Assembly: GCF_030028105.1 (NCBI RefSeq)
Contig: NC_092397.1
Coordinates: 26,980,630 to 27,044,629 of the forward strand
Origin: Mobula birostris
Taxonomy: Eukaryota
DNA: 64,000 bases
Reading direction: 5' to 3'
Shown: positions 1 to 13,725 of the stretch, one piece after another
Numbering within the stretch: the first letter of the stretch is position 1
Layout of the letters: each line of letters begins with the position of its first letter
Position numbers and translations under genes: made by a program
The notes under the pieces: model-generated
Told to the model about the DNA's origin: nothing
The model's input: the letters and a program-made list of their open reading frames with translations, nothing else
Database searches by the model: none

Positions 1-566
1 GGTTTACACCTGCCTCGGCGAGTACTCAGGAGACACGACTGGGGTGGGCTTTGTTGTAACCGTACCTGTGGGAGGCTGAGGTACAGCAGGTTCCTACTAC
101 TTCCTACTCAGACATTGGTACCAGTTGTGTCTTGCTGCACACTGAGGTAGACTCGATTACATTTTCCTGTTCTTTCTGAGTCTTTTTTCTCTAACTTTAT
201 TTCATCTTCTTTGCTCTTACTGTGAGAAGCAACCAATTATTTTTGCATTTCGCTCCAGGTGAACACCACAGGGCAGCTGAAAGTTTCCTCACACCTTTCT
301 CCTTATATCTGTACTTCTGCAAGCGCTCCCTTCTTCCATTCCACCCACTGCTCAACACACTTCATTCTGTCTGCTCCATACTGTGTGAACACACAGGCCA
401 CCGGAGTTCTCTTAGATGTCCAGGACAGTGACTCTTGGGTGACCATTCAGACACACAATCAGGGCACTCACTCATACTTCAGAATTCCCTTTCTTTCGTG
501 CATCATGGGGTCAAATCCACCCCAAGGCATATGCATCATTACCAATGGGATTCCATCCGGAGGTGG

Positions 567-990
567 CAAATCCTACAAAGGGTAGTGGATTCGGCCCGGT
601 ATAGCACGGGTAAAACACTCACAACCACTGAGCACATCTACATGAAACATTGCCGTAGGAAAGCAGCGTCCATCGTCAAAGAACCTCACCACCCAGGCAA
701 TGATCTTTCCTCACTGCTGCCATCAGGTAGAAGGTACAGGTACCTCAGGACTCGCACCACCAGGTTCAAGAACAGTTACTACCCCTCAACCATCAGGGTC
801 TTGAACAAAAGGGGATAGCAACACTTATTTAAGAGCTCTGTTGTATTGTTATTTCATACTCGTTATTTATTGTAATTTATCTTTCTTCATTTGCACAGTT
901 TGCTTACAGTTTATCGTTCCTCATATTTACAATTCACGGTTACTGTTCTATAGATTTTGTTAAGAATGCCCACAGAAAAGGACTCTCAGG
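567..990 (+). mobile_element. Rex1/Babar-like LINE 3' end
   Basis: HHPG..LLPSGRRYR..RTTRFKNSYYPSTIRVLN. Confidence 0.8.
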
Positions 991-995
991 GTTGT

Positions 996-1250
996 AGAAA
1001 CATAGAAAACCTACAGCACAATGCCGGCCCTTCGGCCCACAAAGTTGTGCCGAACATGTCCTTTCCTTAGAACTACCTTGGCTTACCCATCGTCCTCTAT
1101 TTTTCCAAGCTCCATATATCCATCCAGGAGTCTCTTTAAAAACCCTGTCGTTTCCGCCTGCACCACGGCCGCCGGCAGCCCATTCCACGCACTCACCACT
1201 CTCTGCGTAAAAAACTTACCCCTGACATCTCCCCTGTACCTACCTCCAAG
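996..1250 (-). mobile_element. Short CR1 3' end, left arm only
   Basis: TAGAAACATAGAAAACC tail; flanked by GGTTGTA on both sides; absent from the right arm. Confidence 0.8.
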
Positions 1251-1629
1251 TAGGTTGTACAGTATCTGGTTTCACGTATGTACTGTCAGAATAAATTGTA
1301 CTTTGAACTATATGGTGACATATAAATACTATAATAACAACTTGACTTGGGTTTAACTTTTGACTTTGGCAATATTTTTCCGTGACGCTCTTTTTTCACG
1401 GAATGTTCAGTGATCCAGTTACAACGTGTTTTGCCGAAAATTACAAAAGTTTATCCACACAAAAATATACAATATACAAACATTAAATATTTCTAAGACC
1501 GTGAAGAGTCAAATTAAAATATGAATATTACTGTCTATAACACACCCAATTTCCGTGGGGGTGGGGACACCGATCCCGGAAATCTCCCACTGTCCCCATT
1601 CTATTTACAATGTTCGCAAATTCCCCAGC

Positions 1630-1884
1630 TGATCCAGTGATTGACAGCTCCCGCTGCCCCTCCGGCACGTGACACAATATGAATACGACAATGGCGAGCT
1701 GACGTCACAGAGGGCCCTCCTTCACCGACATCGTTTCCTGGGAAACGGCCCGGTCCGGGACTGGGCGGTAAATCCGGGATGGACGGGACGGCTCTGCAGA
1801 GAAGTGGAGTCGGTCTCTACTTGTTGGGGTTTCGGCTCCGCTGTGGGATCCGCCTCTCCTCTTCCTGCCCGCGGAACAGTGAGT
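1630..1884 (+). promoter_or_regulatory. CpG-rich Pol II promoter / putative non-coding first exon, copy A
   Basis: TGATTGACAG 1638-1647, CACGTGAC 1666-1673, TGACGTCA 1700-1707, donor AACA|GTGAGT at 1878/1879. Confidence 0.65.
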
Positions 1885-2290
1885 GTCTGTCAGCGCTTCA
1901 CTGCACCGGCTCTCTGCCTCAGGTACAATATTTAAAACAGATTTGCACAGTCACATGGATGGGAAAGGTTGAGAGGGATACGGGCCTAATGCAGGCAGAT
2001 GGGACGAGTTCAGGTCGACAACTTGGTCGGCGTGGATGAGTTGTACGGAAAGGACTGTTTCAGTTCTGTATAAACCAGTGACTCTATTTTGGGAGGTTAA
2101 ACCAGGGCAGGATGTACACAGTGAACGACAGGTTCCGGGGAAGTTTTCATGAACAGAGACTTTATGGGTTTCTGCCCCCCACACCTCCGGCGGCTCATTC
2201 GGGATACCAATTATTCTCTGTGTGAAGTATTTACACTTCAGATCCCCTTTTCACTGTGACCTTAAAACTATTCCCTTTAGTTTTAAAAAG

Positions 2291-3125
2291 CCAGTCAGGA
2301 TGCTGTCAATCGTGCCCCTATAGAAAGTTTTTACGATTTGGGGGCCCACACCAAATTTCTTCAACCGTCTGAGGTGAAAGATGCGCTGTTGTGCCTTTTC
2401 CCCACACAGCCGGTAAGCACAGACCACGTGAGATCCTCGGTGATGTTTATGCCGAGGAGCTTAAAGCTGTTCACCCTCTCAACCCCAGATCCATTGATGT
2501 CAATAAATGTCTCCATTCATCCTGTAGTTCACAACCAGCTGCTTTGTTTTTGCGATATTGTCGGAGAGGTTGTTTTCTTGACACCACTGTGTCAGGGTGA
2601 TGATTTCTTCAATGTAGGTTGCCTCATAATTATTTGAAATTAGGCCAATCAGTGGAGTGTCGTCAGCAAATGTAATCAGCAGATTGGAGCTGTGGGTGGC
2701 GACACAGTCATGGGAATAGAGAGAGTAAAGAAGGGAGCTCAGTACACAGCCCTGAGGGGCACCTGTGTTGTGGGTTAGAGGGACAGCGGCGAGGGAGCCC
2801 ACTCTTACCACCTGCCAGCAATCTGACAGGAAGTCCAGGATCCAGCTACAGAAGGCAGGATGAAGGCTGAGGTCTCTAAGCTTCTTGTTGAGGCTGGAGG
2901 GAATTATGGTGTTGAATGCTCAAGTGTAGTCCAAGAACAACATTCTGACATAAGCATCCCTCTTCTCCACGGGCAATGTGCAGAGCTGTGACTATTGCAT
3001 CAGCTGTTGATCGGTTGTGTCAGTAGGTGAATTGGGGGTCCCGTGTTCGTGTCAGCACATTGCAGATGTAGTCCTTGCCCACCGTCTCAAAGCATTTATT
3101 TATTATTGAAGTGAGTGCGACAGGA
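2291..3125 (-). mobile_element. Rex1/Babar-like LINE RT fragment
   Basis: NTGAPQGCVLSSLLYSLYSHDC...FADDT. Confidence 0.85.
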
Positions 3126-3692
3126 GATTGTGGGATTGAGTTCAAGAGCTGTGAGGTAAAGCCCTTGGTCAGACCCCACTTGGAGTTCTGTGTTCAGTTC
3201 TGGTCACCTCACTACAGGAAGGATGTGAAGAGGAGTGCAGAGGAGATTTACAAGGATGTTGCCTGGATTGGAGAGCATGCCTTGTGAGAATAGGTTGAGT
3301 GAACTTGGCCTTTTCTCCATGGAACAATGGAGGATGAGAAGTGACCTGATAGAGGTGTACAAGATGATGAGAGACATTAATCTTGTTGATAGTCAGAGGT
3401 CCTTTCCCAGGGCTGAAATGGCTAACACGATGGGGCATAGATTTAAGGTGCCTGGAAATAGGTACTGAGGGGTTGTTAGGGGTAAGTTTTTCACACAGAG
3501 TGGTGGATGTGTGGAATGCACTGCTGGCGATGGTGGTGGAAGCAGATAAAATAGCGTTTTTTAAGAGCCTCTTACACAGGTACATGGAGCTTAGAAAAAT
3601 AGAGGGTTCTGCACTAGGGAAATCCTAGGCAGTTTCAAGAGTAGGTGACATGGTCAGCACAACATTGTGCTGTAGATTTCTATGTGTTCTAT
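3126..3692 (+). mobile_element. CR1 3' fragment
   Basis: RPHLEFCVQFWSPHY, QRRFTRMLPGL. Confidence 0.88.
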
Positions 3693-4712
3693 GAATAAGT
3701 AAATTACAGTCAATAATTTATATGTATATTAAATAGTAAAAATAGTGCAGAAACTGATATAAAATATATGTGTTTTAAAAAGCGAGGTAGTGTCCAAATC
3801 TTCAGTGTCTGTTTAGGAATTGGATGGCAGAGGGGTAGAAACTGATCCTGAATCACTGAGTGTGTGCCATCATTTCCAAAATATCCCCACCACTAATGTA
3901 AGAGTCACCAGGGTATAGTTTCCTGTCTTGTCCCTATTGCAGTTCCTAAAAAGGGAAAGAATATTTGTCATTTTCCACTCTTCTGCATCCTGGCCTGTAA
4001 TTAAAAAAGCATCAGTTTTGAATTTTGTTAAATTTTTCACCATATTTAATCCCTCAACCATCAGGTTTTTGAACCAAAGTTCAAAGTACATTTATTATCA
4101 ATGTATGTTTATATTCTACAAACTTGAGGTTCGTTCCAAACAGGCTGCCATAAAACAAAGAAAGCCAAAAGAACCCACTGATAAAATAAGACTGTCAAAC
4201 ACCCAATGTGCAGAAAGGAAAATAAATCATGCAAACAATAAACACAAGCAAATACTGTAGCATTTTGAACTGAAATCCTCAGAGAGTCCGTCCACAGATG
4301 CTTAGTTCAGCACAGAAAGGAGCAATGAGCTGAACCGGCTCATCCCTGGCCTCGGGCCCAACACACTGACCATTTCAATCTGGCCTGGCACCGAAATCAT
4401 CATCCAAACACTGGGTTCAGTTGCTTCGATACGATCTGGGACCTGGTCCCCGCTGCCTCCATTTGGCCTGTACCTGACTTTTCCATTTGGGCCCGGCGTT
4501 TAAATCAAACGAACTTCGTGTCTTCCTCGCTCTCAGTGACGGGTCCGCTGCCTCACCTCTGTTCTGCCACATCAAATTGCCTCCAAGTCCAAAGGGAAGT
4601 TACAGGCTATTCATTTACTAGAAAAAGAGATTCACCAGTGTCACCTTAAACCAGAACCAGTGGAGATAACTCGGTTTAACTTCACTTAACTCATCACAAA
4701 CTGTTTCCCACA

Positions 4713-5190
4713 ATTACGAGGTTAATTCCCGAGATGGCAGGGCTATCATATGTTGAAAGATTGGAGCGACTGCGCTTGTATACACTGGAATTTAGAAGGA
4801 TGAGAGGGGATCTGATTGAAATGTATAAGATTATTAAGGGATTGCACACACTAGAGGCAGGAAACATGTCCCCGATGTTGGGGGAGTCCAGAACCAGAGG
4901 CCACAGTATAAGAATAAGGGGTAGGCCATTTACAACGGAGTTCAGGAAAAACTTTTTCACCCAGAGAGTTGTGGATCTGTGGAATTCTCTGCCTCAGAAG
5001 GCAGTGGAGGCCAATTCTCTGGATGCTTTCAGGAAAGGGTTAGATAGAGCTGTTAAAGATAGTGGAGTCAAGGGATATGGGGAGAAGGCAGGAATGGGGT
5101 ACTGATGGTGGATGACCAGCCATGATCACAGTGAATGGCAGTGCTGGCTCGAAGGGCCGAATGGCCTACTCCTGCACCTATTGTCTGTTT
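4713..5190 (+). mobile_element. CR1 3' fragment
   Basis: LSYVERL...RGDLIEMYK...FFTQRVVDLWNSLP. Confidence 0.9.
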
Positions 5191-5374
5191 CTGTTGACTC
5201 ACTTCCACAACCTCTGCATCTTATGTTCTCTATTTATTTCTCATTTCTCTATGATTATTATTATTTTATCTCTTGTATTTGCACACATTGTTGTCATTTA
5301 CACATTGGTTGTTTGGTTACTGGGTTGGGTGCGGTCTTTCATTTATTATGTTGTGATTCTTGGATTTACTGAGT

Positions 5375-8300
5375 AAGACCATAAGACATAGCAGCAGAAT
5401 TAGGCCATTTGGCCTATCGAGTCTGCCCCACCATTCAATCATGGCTGACCCTTGTTTCTCCTCCTCAACCTCACTCCTCGGCCTTTTTCCTGAAGCCTTT
5501 GATGCCCCATCCAATCAAGAAACTATCAAACTCTGCCTTAAATACACCCAATGACCTGGCCCCCACAGCTGCCTCTGGTAATAAATTCCACAAATTCACC
5601 ACACTCTGGCTAAAGAAATTTCTCTGCATCTCTGTTTTAAATGGGCGCCCCTCTACCCTGAGGCTGTGCCCACTTGTCTAAGACTCCCTCGCCATGGGAA
5701 ATGGGAAACATCTTTTCCACATCTTCTCTGTCTAGTCCATTCAACATTTGAAAGGTTTCAATGAGATCCCCCCTCATCCTTCTAAATTCCAGTGAGTACA
5801 GACCCAGAGCTATCAAACATTTCTCAGAGGCTAACACTCTCAATCCTGGAATCATCCTTATGCACCTCCTCTGAACCCTCTCCAGTGCCACCACATCTTT
5901 TCTGAGATGAGGAGCCCAAAACTGTTCACTGTCATCAAGGTGAGGTCTCACCAGTGCCTTATAAAGCCTCAGCATCACATCCCTGCTCTTATATTTGAGA
6001 CCCCTTGAAAGGAATGTTAATTATAGTATTTGCCTTCCTCACCACCAGCTCTATCTACAAGTTAACCTTTAGGTTGTTCTGCACGAGGACTGCCAATTCC
6101 CTTTGCACCTCAGATTTTTGGATTTTCTGCCCATTTAGAAAGTCTGCACATTTATTTCTACTACCAAAGAGCATGACCATGCATTTTCTGACATTGTATT
6201 TCATTCGCTACTCTCCTGCCCATCTCCTGATCTGTTTAAGTCCTTCTGCAGCCGACCCATTTCCTCAACACTACCTGCCCCTCCACCAGTCTTCATATCA
6301 TCTGCAAACTTGACAACAAAGCCATCTATTTCATCATCTATATCATTGATATCCAGCATAAAAAGAAGCGGTTGAACACTGACTCCTGCAGAACACCACT
6401 AATTACTGGCAAGCAACCAGAAAAGGATCCTTTTATTACCACTCACTGCCTTCTACCAGTCAGTCAATGCTTGTAACTTTCCTGTAATACTATGGGTTCT
6501 TAACGTGGTAAGCAGGCTCATATGTGGCACCTTGTCAAAGGCCTTCTGAAAGTCCAAATATACAACATGGCAGCATCCCCTTTATCTATCCTACATGTAA
6601 TCTTCTCAAAGAATTCCAACAGGTTCATCGGGCAAGATTTTCCCTTAAGGAAACCATACAGTATTTGTCCTATCTTGTTCTGTGTTTCCAAGTACTCGAG
6701 AACTTCATCCTTAACAATTGACTCCAACAACTTCCCAACCACTGAGTTCAGGCTAACTGGTCTATAATTTCATTTCTGTTGCTTTCCTGGAGTCTTAAAG
6801 AGTGGGGTGACATTTGCAGTTTTCCAGTTATCTGGCACCATGCTAGAATCCAATGATTTTGAAAGATAATTACTAATGCCCTCACAATCTCTATTGCTAT
6901 CTCTTTCAGAACCGTAGGGTGCAGTACATCTGGTCCGAGTGACATGTACCTTCAGGTCCTTCAGCTTTTTGAGCACCTTCTCACTTGCAATTGTAACTGC
7001 ACTGATTTCTCTTCCCTCACACCTTTACACCCTTTAAGGTGGGGGGTAATATGGGATGGAGAGTTTAAGGGGCAGCACAACATTGTGGGCTGAAGGGCCT
7101 GTATTCCGCTGTACTATTCTATATTCAATATCTGGCACACTGCTAGTGTCTTCTGCAAAGACTGATGCAAAATACCCATTTAGTTCATTAGCCATCTCCT
7201 TGACCCCCTTTATTATTTCTCCACCCTCGTATTCCAGCGGTCCTATATCCACTCTCATCTCTCTGTTATTTTTAACACACTTGAAAAAACTATTACTACG
7301 CACTTTGATATTGTTTGCTATTTGTTTTCACATTTCATCTTTTCCTTCCTGTTATTCATTCTGTAGGTTTTTAAAAGCTTCCCAATCCCCTGTCTTACCA
7401 CTAATGTTTGCATTGTTGGATGCACTTTCTTTTGCTTTTACATTAGCTGTGACTTCCCTCATCAGCCCCATTTTGCCATTTGAGTGTTTCTTCATTTTTT
7501 GGAAAACATCTATCCTGCATCTTCCTCATTTTTCCCACAAACTCACACCATTGCTTCTCTGCTTGATCCCTGCCAGCATCTGCTTCCAATTTACTTTGGC
7601 CAACTCCTTTCTCATACCACTGTAATATTCTTTACTTCACTGAAATACTGATATGTCAGACTTTACTTTCTTTCTATCAAATTTCAAGCTGAACACAATC
7701 ATATTGTCATCACTGTTTCCTAAGGATTCTTTTACCTTAAGCTCCCTAATCATCTCAGGTTCATTATATAACACCCAATCTAATGTAGCTGATCCCTGTT
7801 CTAAAAAGCCATCTTGTAGGTATTCAACAAACTCACTCCCTTGAGATCTATTTCCAACCTGATTTTCCCAATCTATCTGCATGTTGAAATCTCCCATGAC
7901 TATCATAACATTGCTCTTTGGCACGTCTTTGCTATTTCCTGTTGTAATCTGTGGTCCATATCCAGGCTGCTGTTTGGAGGCCTGTATATAACTGCCATCA
8001 GGGTCCTTTTACCCTTGCAGTTTCTTAACTCAATGCAGAATGATTCAGCATCTTCTGATCCTATATCACATCTTTCTACTGAATTGATGCCACCCCCTCT
8101 GCCTACCTTCCCATCTCTCTGATACAACATGTAACCTTGGACATTTAGCTCCCAACTGCAAGCATCCTTCTGCCACGACTCAGCGATGGCCATGACAGCA
8201 TGTCTGACAATCTGTAATAGGGCAATAAGATCATCCACCTTATTTCTTATACTCTGTGGGTAGAGATATAACACCCTGAGTACAGTATCGCTACCCTTTG

Positions 8301-8500
8301 ATTCTGCATCCCTCATGCACTGATACCCACCCTGCTGGCTGCGGTGATGTCCTATCATCTGCCTGCCCTTCCTGACAGTCTAATTGCATGCTATCTTTGC
8401 TTTTTTACCCTCCATCCTATCCTGAGTGCCTTCACTCTGGTTCCTACAACCCCACCCTTGCCACATTAGTTTAGCCCTCCCCTACCGCTCTAACAAACCA
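5375..8500 (-). mobile_element. CR1 LINE, long decayed copy
   Basis: Endonuclease (IYRPPNS, VMGDFN) and RT remnants; paralog at 53910-56380 (+). Confidence 0.9.
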
Positions 8501-8595
8501 GCAGTATACCCAGAAGAAAACTAATCTCAGGGTTGTATATGGTGACAGAAATATATTTTGATAATACATTTACTTTCAGCTTTGAACTTTGTAGC

Positions 8596-8723
8596 AGAGA
8601 GCCGGGTGTTGTACTGGTCTGTGTCCTCACTGGCCGGTGCTGTGCTCTGGCAGCTCAGTGTGCCTGGTATACAGTGTCAGTGTTTTTACTGAAGTGTGTC
8701 CTTATTACACAATTGACCTTGTC
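8596..8723 (+). other. Conserved ~125-nt non-coding element, copy A
   Basis: GAGAGCCGGGTGTTGTACTGGTCTGTGTCCTCAC...CAGCTCAGTGTG...CAGTGTCAGTGTTTTTACTGAAG...ATTACACAA; recurs at 31227-31352 and 53689-53816. Confidence 0.75.
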
Positions 8724-10197
8724 CAGCCTGGAGCTGAGAAGATTCACTGGCGACCAGAATGATTTGTTTTGGTCACCCTGCTGTATGACAGACACCATTA
8801 AGCTGGAAAGAGTGCAGAGGAGATTTGTGGAAAGGATTTTAGACAATTTTCCCTGGAATGTTGGAGAATGAGTTCTGATATTGCAGAGGCGTATAAATTC
8901 ATGAGGAATCTGGGTTGGATCAAAGAGAACAGTCTTTTTGCCAGTGTTGGGGAATCAAGAACTGGAGGGCATTGGTTTAAGATGGGATGTAATAGGGACC
9001 TGAAGGGCAACTTTTCCACACACAGGCTGATCAGTAAATGGAATGAGCTGCTATGGGGAGTGGTTGAGTCAGCTACATTAAAAAGGCACTTAGGCGGGTA
9101 GATGGAAAGGAAAGGTTTTGAAGGATATGGGTCAAATGGAAGGAAATGAGACAAGGGGGAGGACAACCTTGTTCATAATGTGGTGGTGAGGGGGTTACAG
9201 ATCACAAGCTCAGATGGGAACTTTGGTCAGCATGGACTATTTGAGCTGAAGGGCTCGTTTCTGTGCTGTGTGAATTTGACTCTAAACCCTGGTGACTTGT
9301 TTCAATGACATTAAACTTTTCTAAATGACATTATTTCTTTATAGATTATAGACTCCAGTACCTGAAGTGAAGTTAACTGGACTACAGTTACCTGCTTTTC
9401 ATCTTTCATCCATCTTCAACAATGGTTTTCAACTCCACTGGGACCTTTCTGTAACAGTGAGTTTTGACAGACTTCAATGTCTCTACTTTCTCTCCAGACT
9501 TCCTGTGAAAGCCTCCAGTGCAGGTCTTTGGGACCAAGTAATGTTTGCGTTTAGTCCCATTAGTTTTTTCCCTCGTGATGGTGATTGTTACGCATTATGG
9601 CACAATATTGAAATGTCACCATCTGTGGGATGTTTGCTGCGCCAGCACTGTGAACACTAATGCAAATTACTGGAGTTAACTTCTCTGCTTTTTCCTTGTT
9701 AGTTTTAGTTTTTGTCTCATCACTGGTTCCTGGAAAAGTCCTGATCTTCTTGTCTGCCTCCTTTGACCACAGAATGTTCTTTGCTGTCTGTGATCCCTCT
9801 ATCTAATTGGGATCAACGTCTGCTGAGTGTTACGAACACTCTCTCCTGAAACATCTGCCACTGCTCATTACTGACCTGTCCCTGAGCCTATTTACCCCAT
9901 CTGCCCCAGAGAACTCCACTGTCACGTCTCTGTAATTGTCTTTATTTAGGTTGAGGACACTGGTTCTGACCTGGTGTTCACCCTCAATCTGTGGTCTGGA
10001 GATCTCCCACATTGTGATCACTTCTTCAGGGATCCTTCACCACAAGATCTCTCTGTAATCCCACCTCATTGCACAGATTACATCTGAAATGGCCCGTTCA
10101 TGGGTAAGATACTGCTGTAGGAAACTGTCTCTGACCATTCCACAAATTCCTCTTCCACTGTACCAGTTAGATTAGCTTAATCAATACACAGACTGAA

Positions 10198-11410
10198 GCA
10201 AACACACAGAAAATGCTGGAGGAACTCAGCAAACAGTTGACATTTCGGGCTGAGAACGTTCATCGGGATTAGAAAGAAAGGGACAAAAGCCAGAATAAGG
10301 TGGTGGGGGAGGGGGAGGAGGACAAGTGAGGGGTGGGGAACGTGTGGTTTGTGGAGGGATGATGATGTGAGGAGCTGGGTGACAGGCAGAAAAGGCAAAG
10401 AGATGGAGGGAAAGAAATCTAATAGGAGAGAATGATGGACCATGGGATGACACGGAGGAGGTGGAGAACCACAGAGAGTTGATGGGCAGGTCATGAGGGT
10501 GCGTGAGGAGAGGTGGCAAAAGTCAGAAGAAAAGTAGTAGTTCACTGGGGGGGGGTGGCAACAGAGGGTAATGATTTCTTGAATTTGGAGAAATCAGTGT
10601 TCATGCCTTCGAGGTCGGAGGCTGCACAGTCAGAATATGAGGATTTGCTCATCCAACCTGTACTCGGCCTCACTGTAGCAGGAGAGGAGGCCGTGTACAG
10701 ACATGTTAGTGATGGCCCTCTGCAGGTCAGGGTCGATCATGGATATTGCACCCTAGTGTCAAAGTCAATATGTAAGTCAGGGAAGTGTGATATGTAAAGC
10801 AAGCAGTTGCCCATGCAGGGGCCCCTGCTCTCCACACAGCTGATGAATGCAAAGCAACGGCAGAGACCGATACAGTCAGGCACCAGCGGTGTTGCAGGAT
10901 TGCCAGTCTGCATTGAACACAGGACCAACAGGGAATCCAGCTCCGGATTGTTCCTCAGGGTTTACTCCCGAAGTCTTCCCATGAATGGGTCTAGCCACAG
11001 CCCAGTGGAGGTTTGAGATCAGAATTTTTCTTCCACTGGATCTGCCAAGTATGGCTGAGGAGCCTCATCTGCCCATAGCAGTTGGTTATATGATGCCAGT
11101 AAACCCATTTGCATCTTCCCCTGTCATTAGAAACAGTTTGTCGGATGTCGTAGCTAAGCCATATGTAAAAGCCAGGAGCTGGACTTGGTTGACAGAGACA
11201 ATCTGAGGCACACACCATTGGCAGCATTTAATTGGAAGTGGGAGCTTGTCCCATTATTACCCCACCACCGGTTAAAACAGCTGTAAGGGACCGATATGTC
11301 GGTATGTGAATGGGAAACTCAATTGGAATGGGTTGTCACCAGCAGATCATGGTTGTTGCAGCTCACAGAGCAAAGATACTCGATGCAGCGCTACCCTAAT
11401 CTGCTTCTGA
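10198..11410 (-). mobile_element. Old Penelope-like 3' fragment interrupted by a ~590-bp repeat (10711-11296, possibly RTE-related)
   Basis: Similarity to 17270-17930 on both sides of the insert; family assignment of the insert is tentative. Confidence 0.6.
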
Positions 11411-11569
11411 TTAAATCTCTCATGACAATCACAGTTCCATTCTCATCTCTCTTTGATATTTCCCCTCTTTGTGTTTTATCCCATCAGGAGGAACACCTGA
11501 GGATCTTGAGACCACTCCTCCCCATGTCTTCTTTCCCTCCCCCTTTCACCATCACTGTCGCTACATGTA

Positions 11570-12921
11570 AAGTGCCGATGAAAAGTATTCACGCCCCTTG
11601 GAAGTTTTCATCTTTTATTGTTTCACAACATTGAATCACTTTGGTTGAATTTGGCTTTTTTTTATACTGATCAACGGTTAAAAAAAACTCATTTGTGTCA
11701 AAGTGAAAACAGATCTCTAAATTAATTACAGATATAAAAACATGAAACAATTGCCTGTATAAGTATTCACCCCCTTTAATATGACACACCAAATCATCAC
11801 TGGTGCAGCCACTTGGTTTTAGGAGTTACATAATCAGTTTAATGGAGATCACCATGTGTAGTCAAGGTGTTTCAATTGATTGTAGTAAAAATATGTCTGT
11901 TTCTGGAAGGTCCAACTACTGGTGAGTCAGTATCCTGGGAGAAACTACAGCATGAAGACAAATTAACACTCCAAGCAGCTCTGCAAAAATGTTTTGGAAA
12001 AACACATGTCAGGAGATGGATTCAAGTCACTAAATACCCTTGGAGTACAGTTATGTCACTCATCCAGAAATGGGAAGAATATGGCACAGCTGTAAATCTG
12101 CCAAGAGCGGGCCGTCCTCAAAAACTGAGTGACCGTGCAAGAAGGGGACCAGTGAGAGAGGCTCCAAGTGACCTGTGACAACTCTGGAGGAGTTACAAGC
12201 TGCAGTGGCTGAGATGGGAGAGACTGTGCATACAACAACTGTTGCCCAGGTGCTTCACCAGTTGCAGCTTTTTGGGAGAGGGGTGAAGAGAAAGCCACTG
12301 AAAAATGCTCTCATGAAGCCTTGCCTGGAATTTGCCAGAAGTGACAGACCCTGAAGTCAGCTGGAAGAAGTTTCTATGGTCTGACATAAACAAAATTGCC
12401 CTTTTTGACCATCAAACTGAACACTAAGTTTGGCGGAAGCCAGTGATGGCAAACACAAAACCAAAGCTACACAGGAACGCCTTAAAACAAAGTTAATGTC
12501 CTGCAGCGGCCAAGTCAGAGTCCAGACCTCAATCTAATTGTGGCTGGACTTGAAATGGACAGTTCACACACAAACTGCATGCACTCTGACAGATCTTCAG
12601 CAGTTTTGTGAAGAAGAAGGGGAAAAATTGCAGTGTCCAGGTGTGCAAAGCTGATAGAGACCTATCCACACAGAGTCTACTATGATTATTGCCAAAGGTG
12701 CATCAACTAATTACTGACTTGAAGGAGGTGAATACTTATCCGTCAATTATTTTGTGTTTTATATTTGTAATTAAATTAGATCCCTTTTTAAAGATCTTTT
12801 CATTTCGACACCACAGTGTCTTCTCTGATGATCAGTGTTTTAAATTAAATCCACTATGATTCAACGTGGTAAAACAATAAAACATGAAAACATCCAGTGA
12901 GACTAAATACTATAGGCACTG
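11570..12921 (+). mobile_element. Tc1-like (IR/DR type) DNA transposon, decayed and internally deleted
   Basis: TA flanks; ~200-bp TIRs ending GGCACTG; AAGTATTCAC repeated within the TIR; transposase remnants (STVMSLIQKWEEYGTAVNLPRAGRPQKLSDR). Confidence 0.92.
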
Positions 12922-13725
12922 TATCCACCCCCTCACCAGCACATTATGAACAAATCCACTCTTCTCCTTTCTATTTTGCCGATTCCGTGTGGAACCTGGA
13001 ACATGATGGAAGGTTGAGTTCCCAGTCCCAGTCCCTGTAACCATGTCCCTGCAATATCTGGTAGATCAAACATATTCGTGAAAACGCAATTTGGAATAGG
13101 TGGCAACCTGCCCCTTGGCCCACAATATACGTGATAATCATAATAATGTTGAGAATTTATAAAGTACTGGTGTGGTCTCACTTGGAGTATTGTGAGCAGT
13201 TTTGGGCCCTTTATCTTAGGAAGGATGGGCTGAAACTGGATGGGTTTCAAAGGACGTTCTCAAAATTGATTCCAGGATTAAACAGCTTGTCATATGAAGA
13301 GTGTTTAGTGGCTCTGGGCCTGTATTCACTAGAATATCAAATGGTGAAAGACCTTGATAAATTGCATGTACAGAGGATGGGAGTATCTAAGACCAGAGGA
13401 CACAGGCTCAGAATAGAGGAGGATCCTTGTAGAATGTGGAGATGAGGAATTTCTTGAGCCACAGAGTGGTGAATCTGTGGAATTCATTGCCAAAGGCAGC
13501 TATTGATCCAAGACTTCATGTATATTTATATGTAGAGGTTGATAGATTCTTGATTGGTCAGGGCATGAAGGGACACATGGAGAAGGCAGGAGATTGGGGC
13601 CGAGAGGAAAATTGGATCAGCCACAATGCCTAAGCAGGCCATGCCTTTCCAAACGTGCATAAATCCTGTACCTCAATATCCTCCCCAGTAGCTTCTCTAC
13701 CACTGAAATGAGGCTGCCCTGCCAA

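Noticed and set aside
8596-8723. Canonical H/ACA snoRNA call
   Set aside because: No ANANNA H box in the hinge in any copy; kept only as an unclassified element.
10711-11296. HDV-like ribozyme in the RTE-like insert
   Set aside because: I could not assemble the nested double pseudoknot by hand; it needs a descriptor search.
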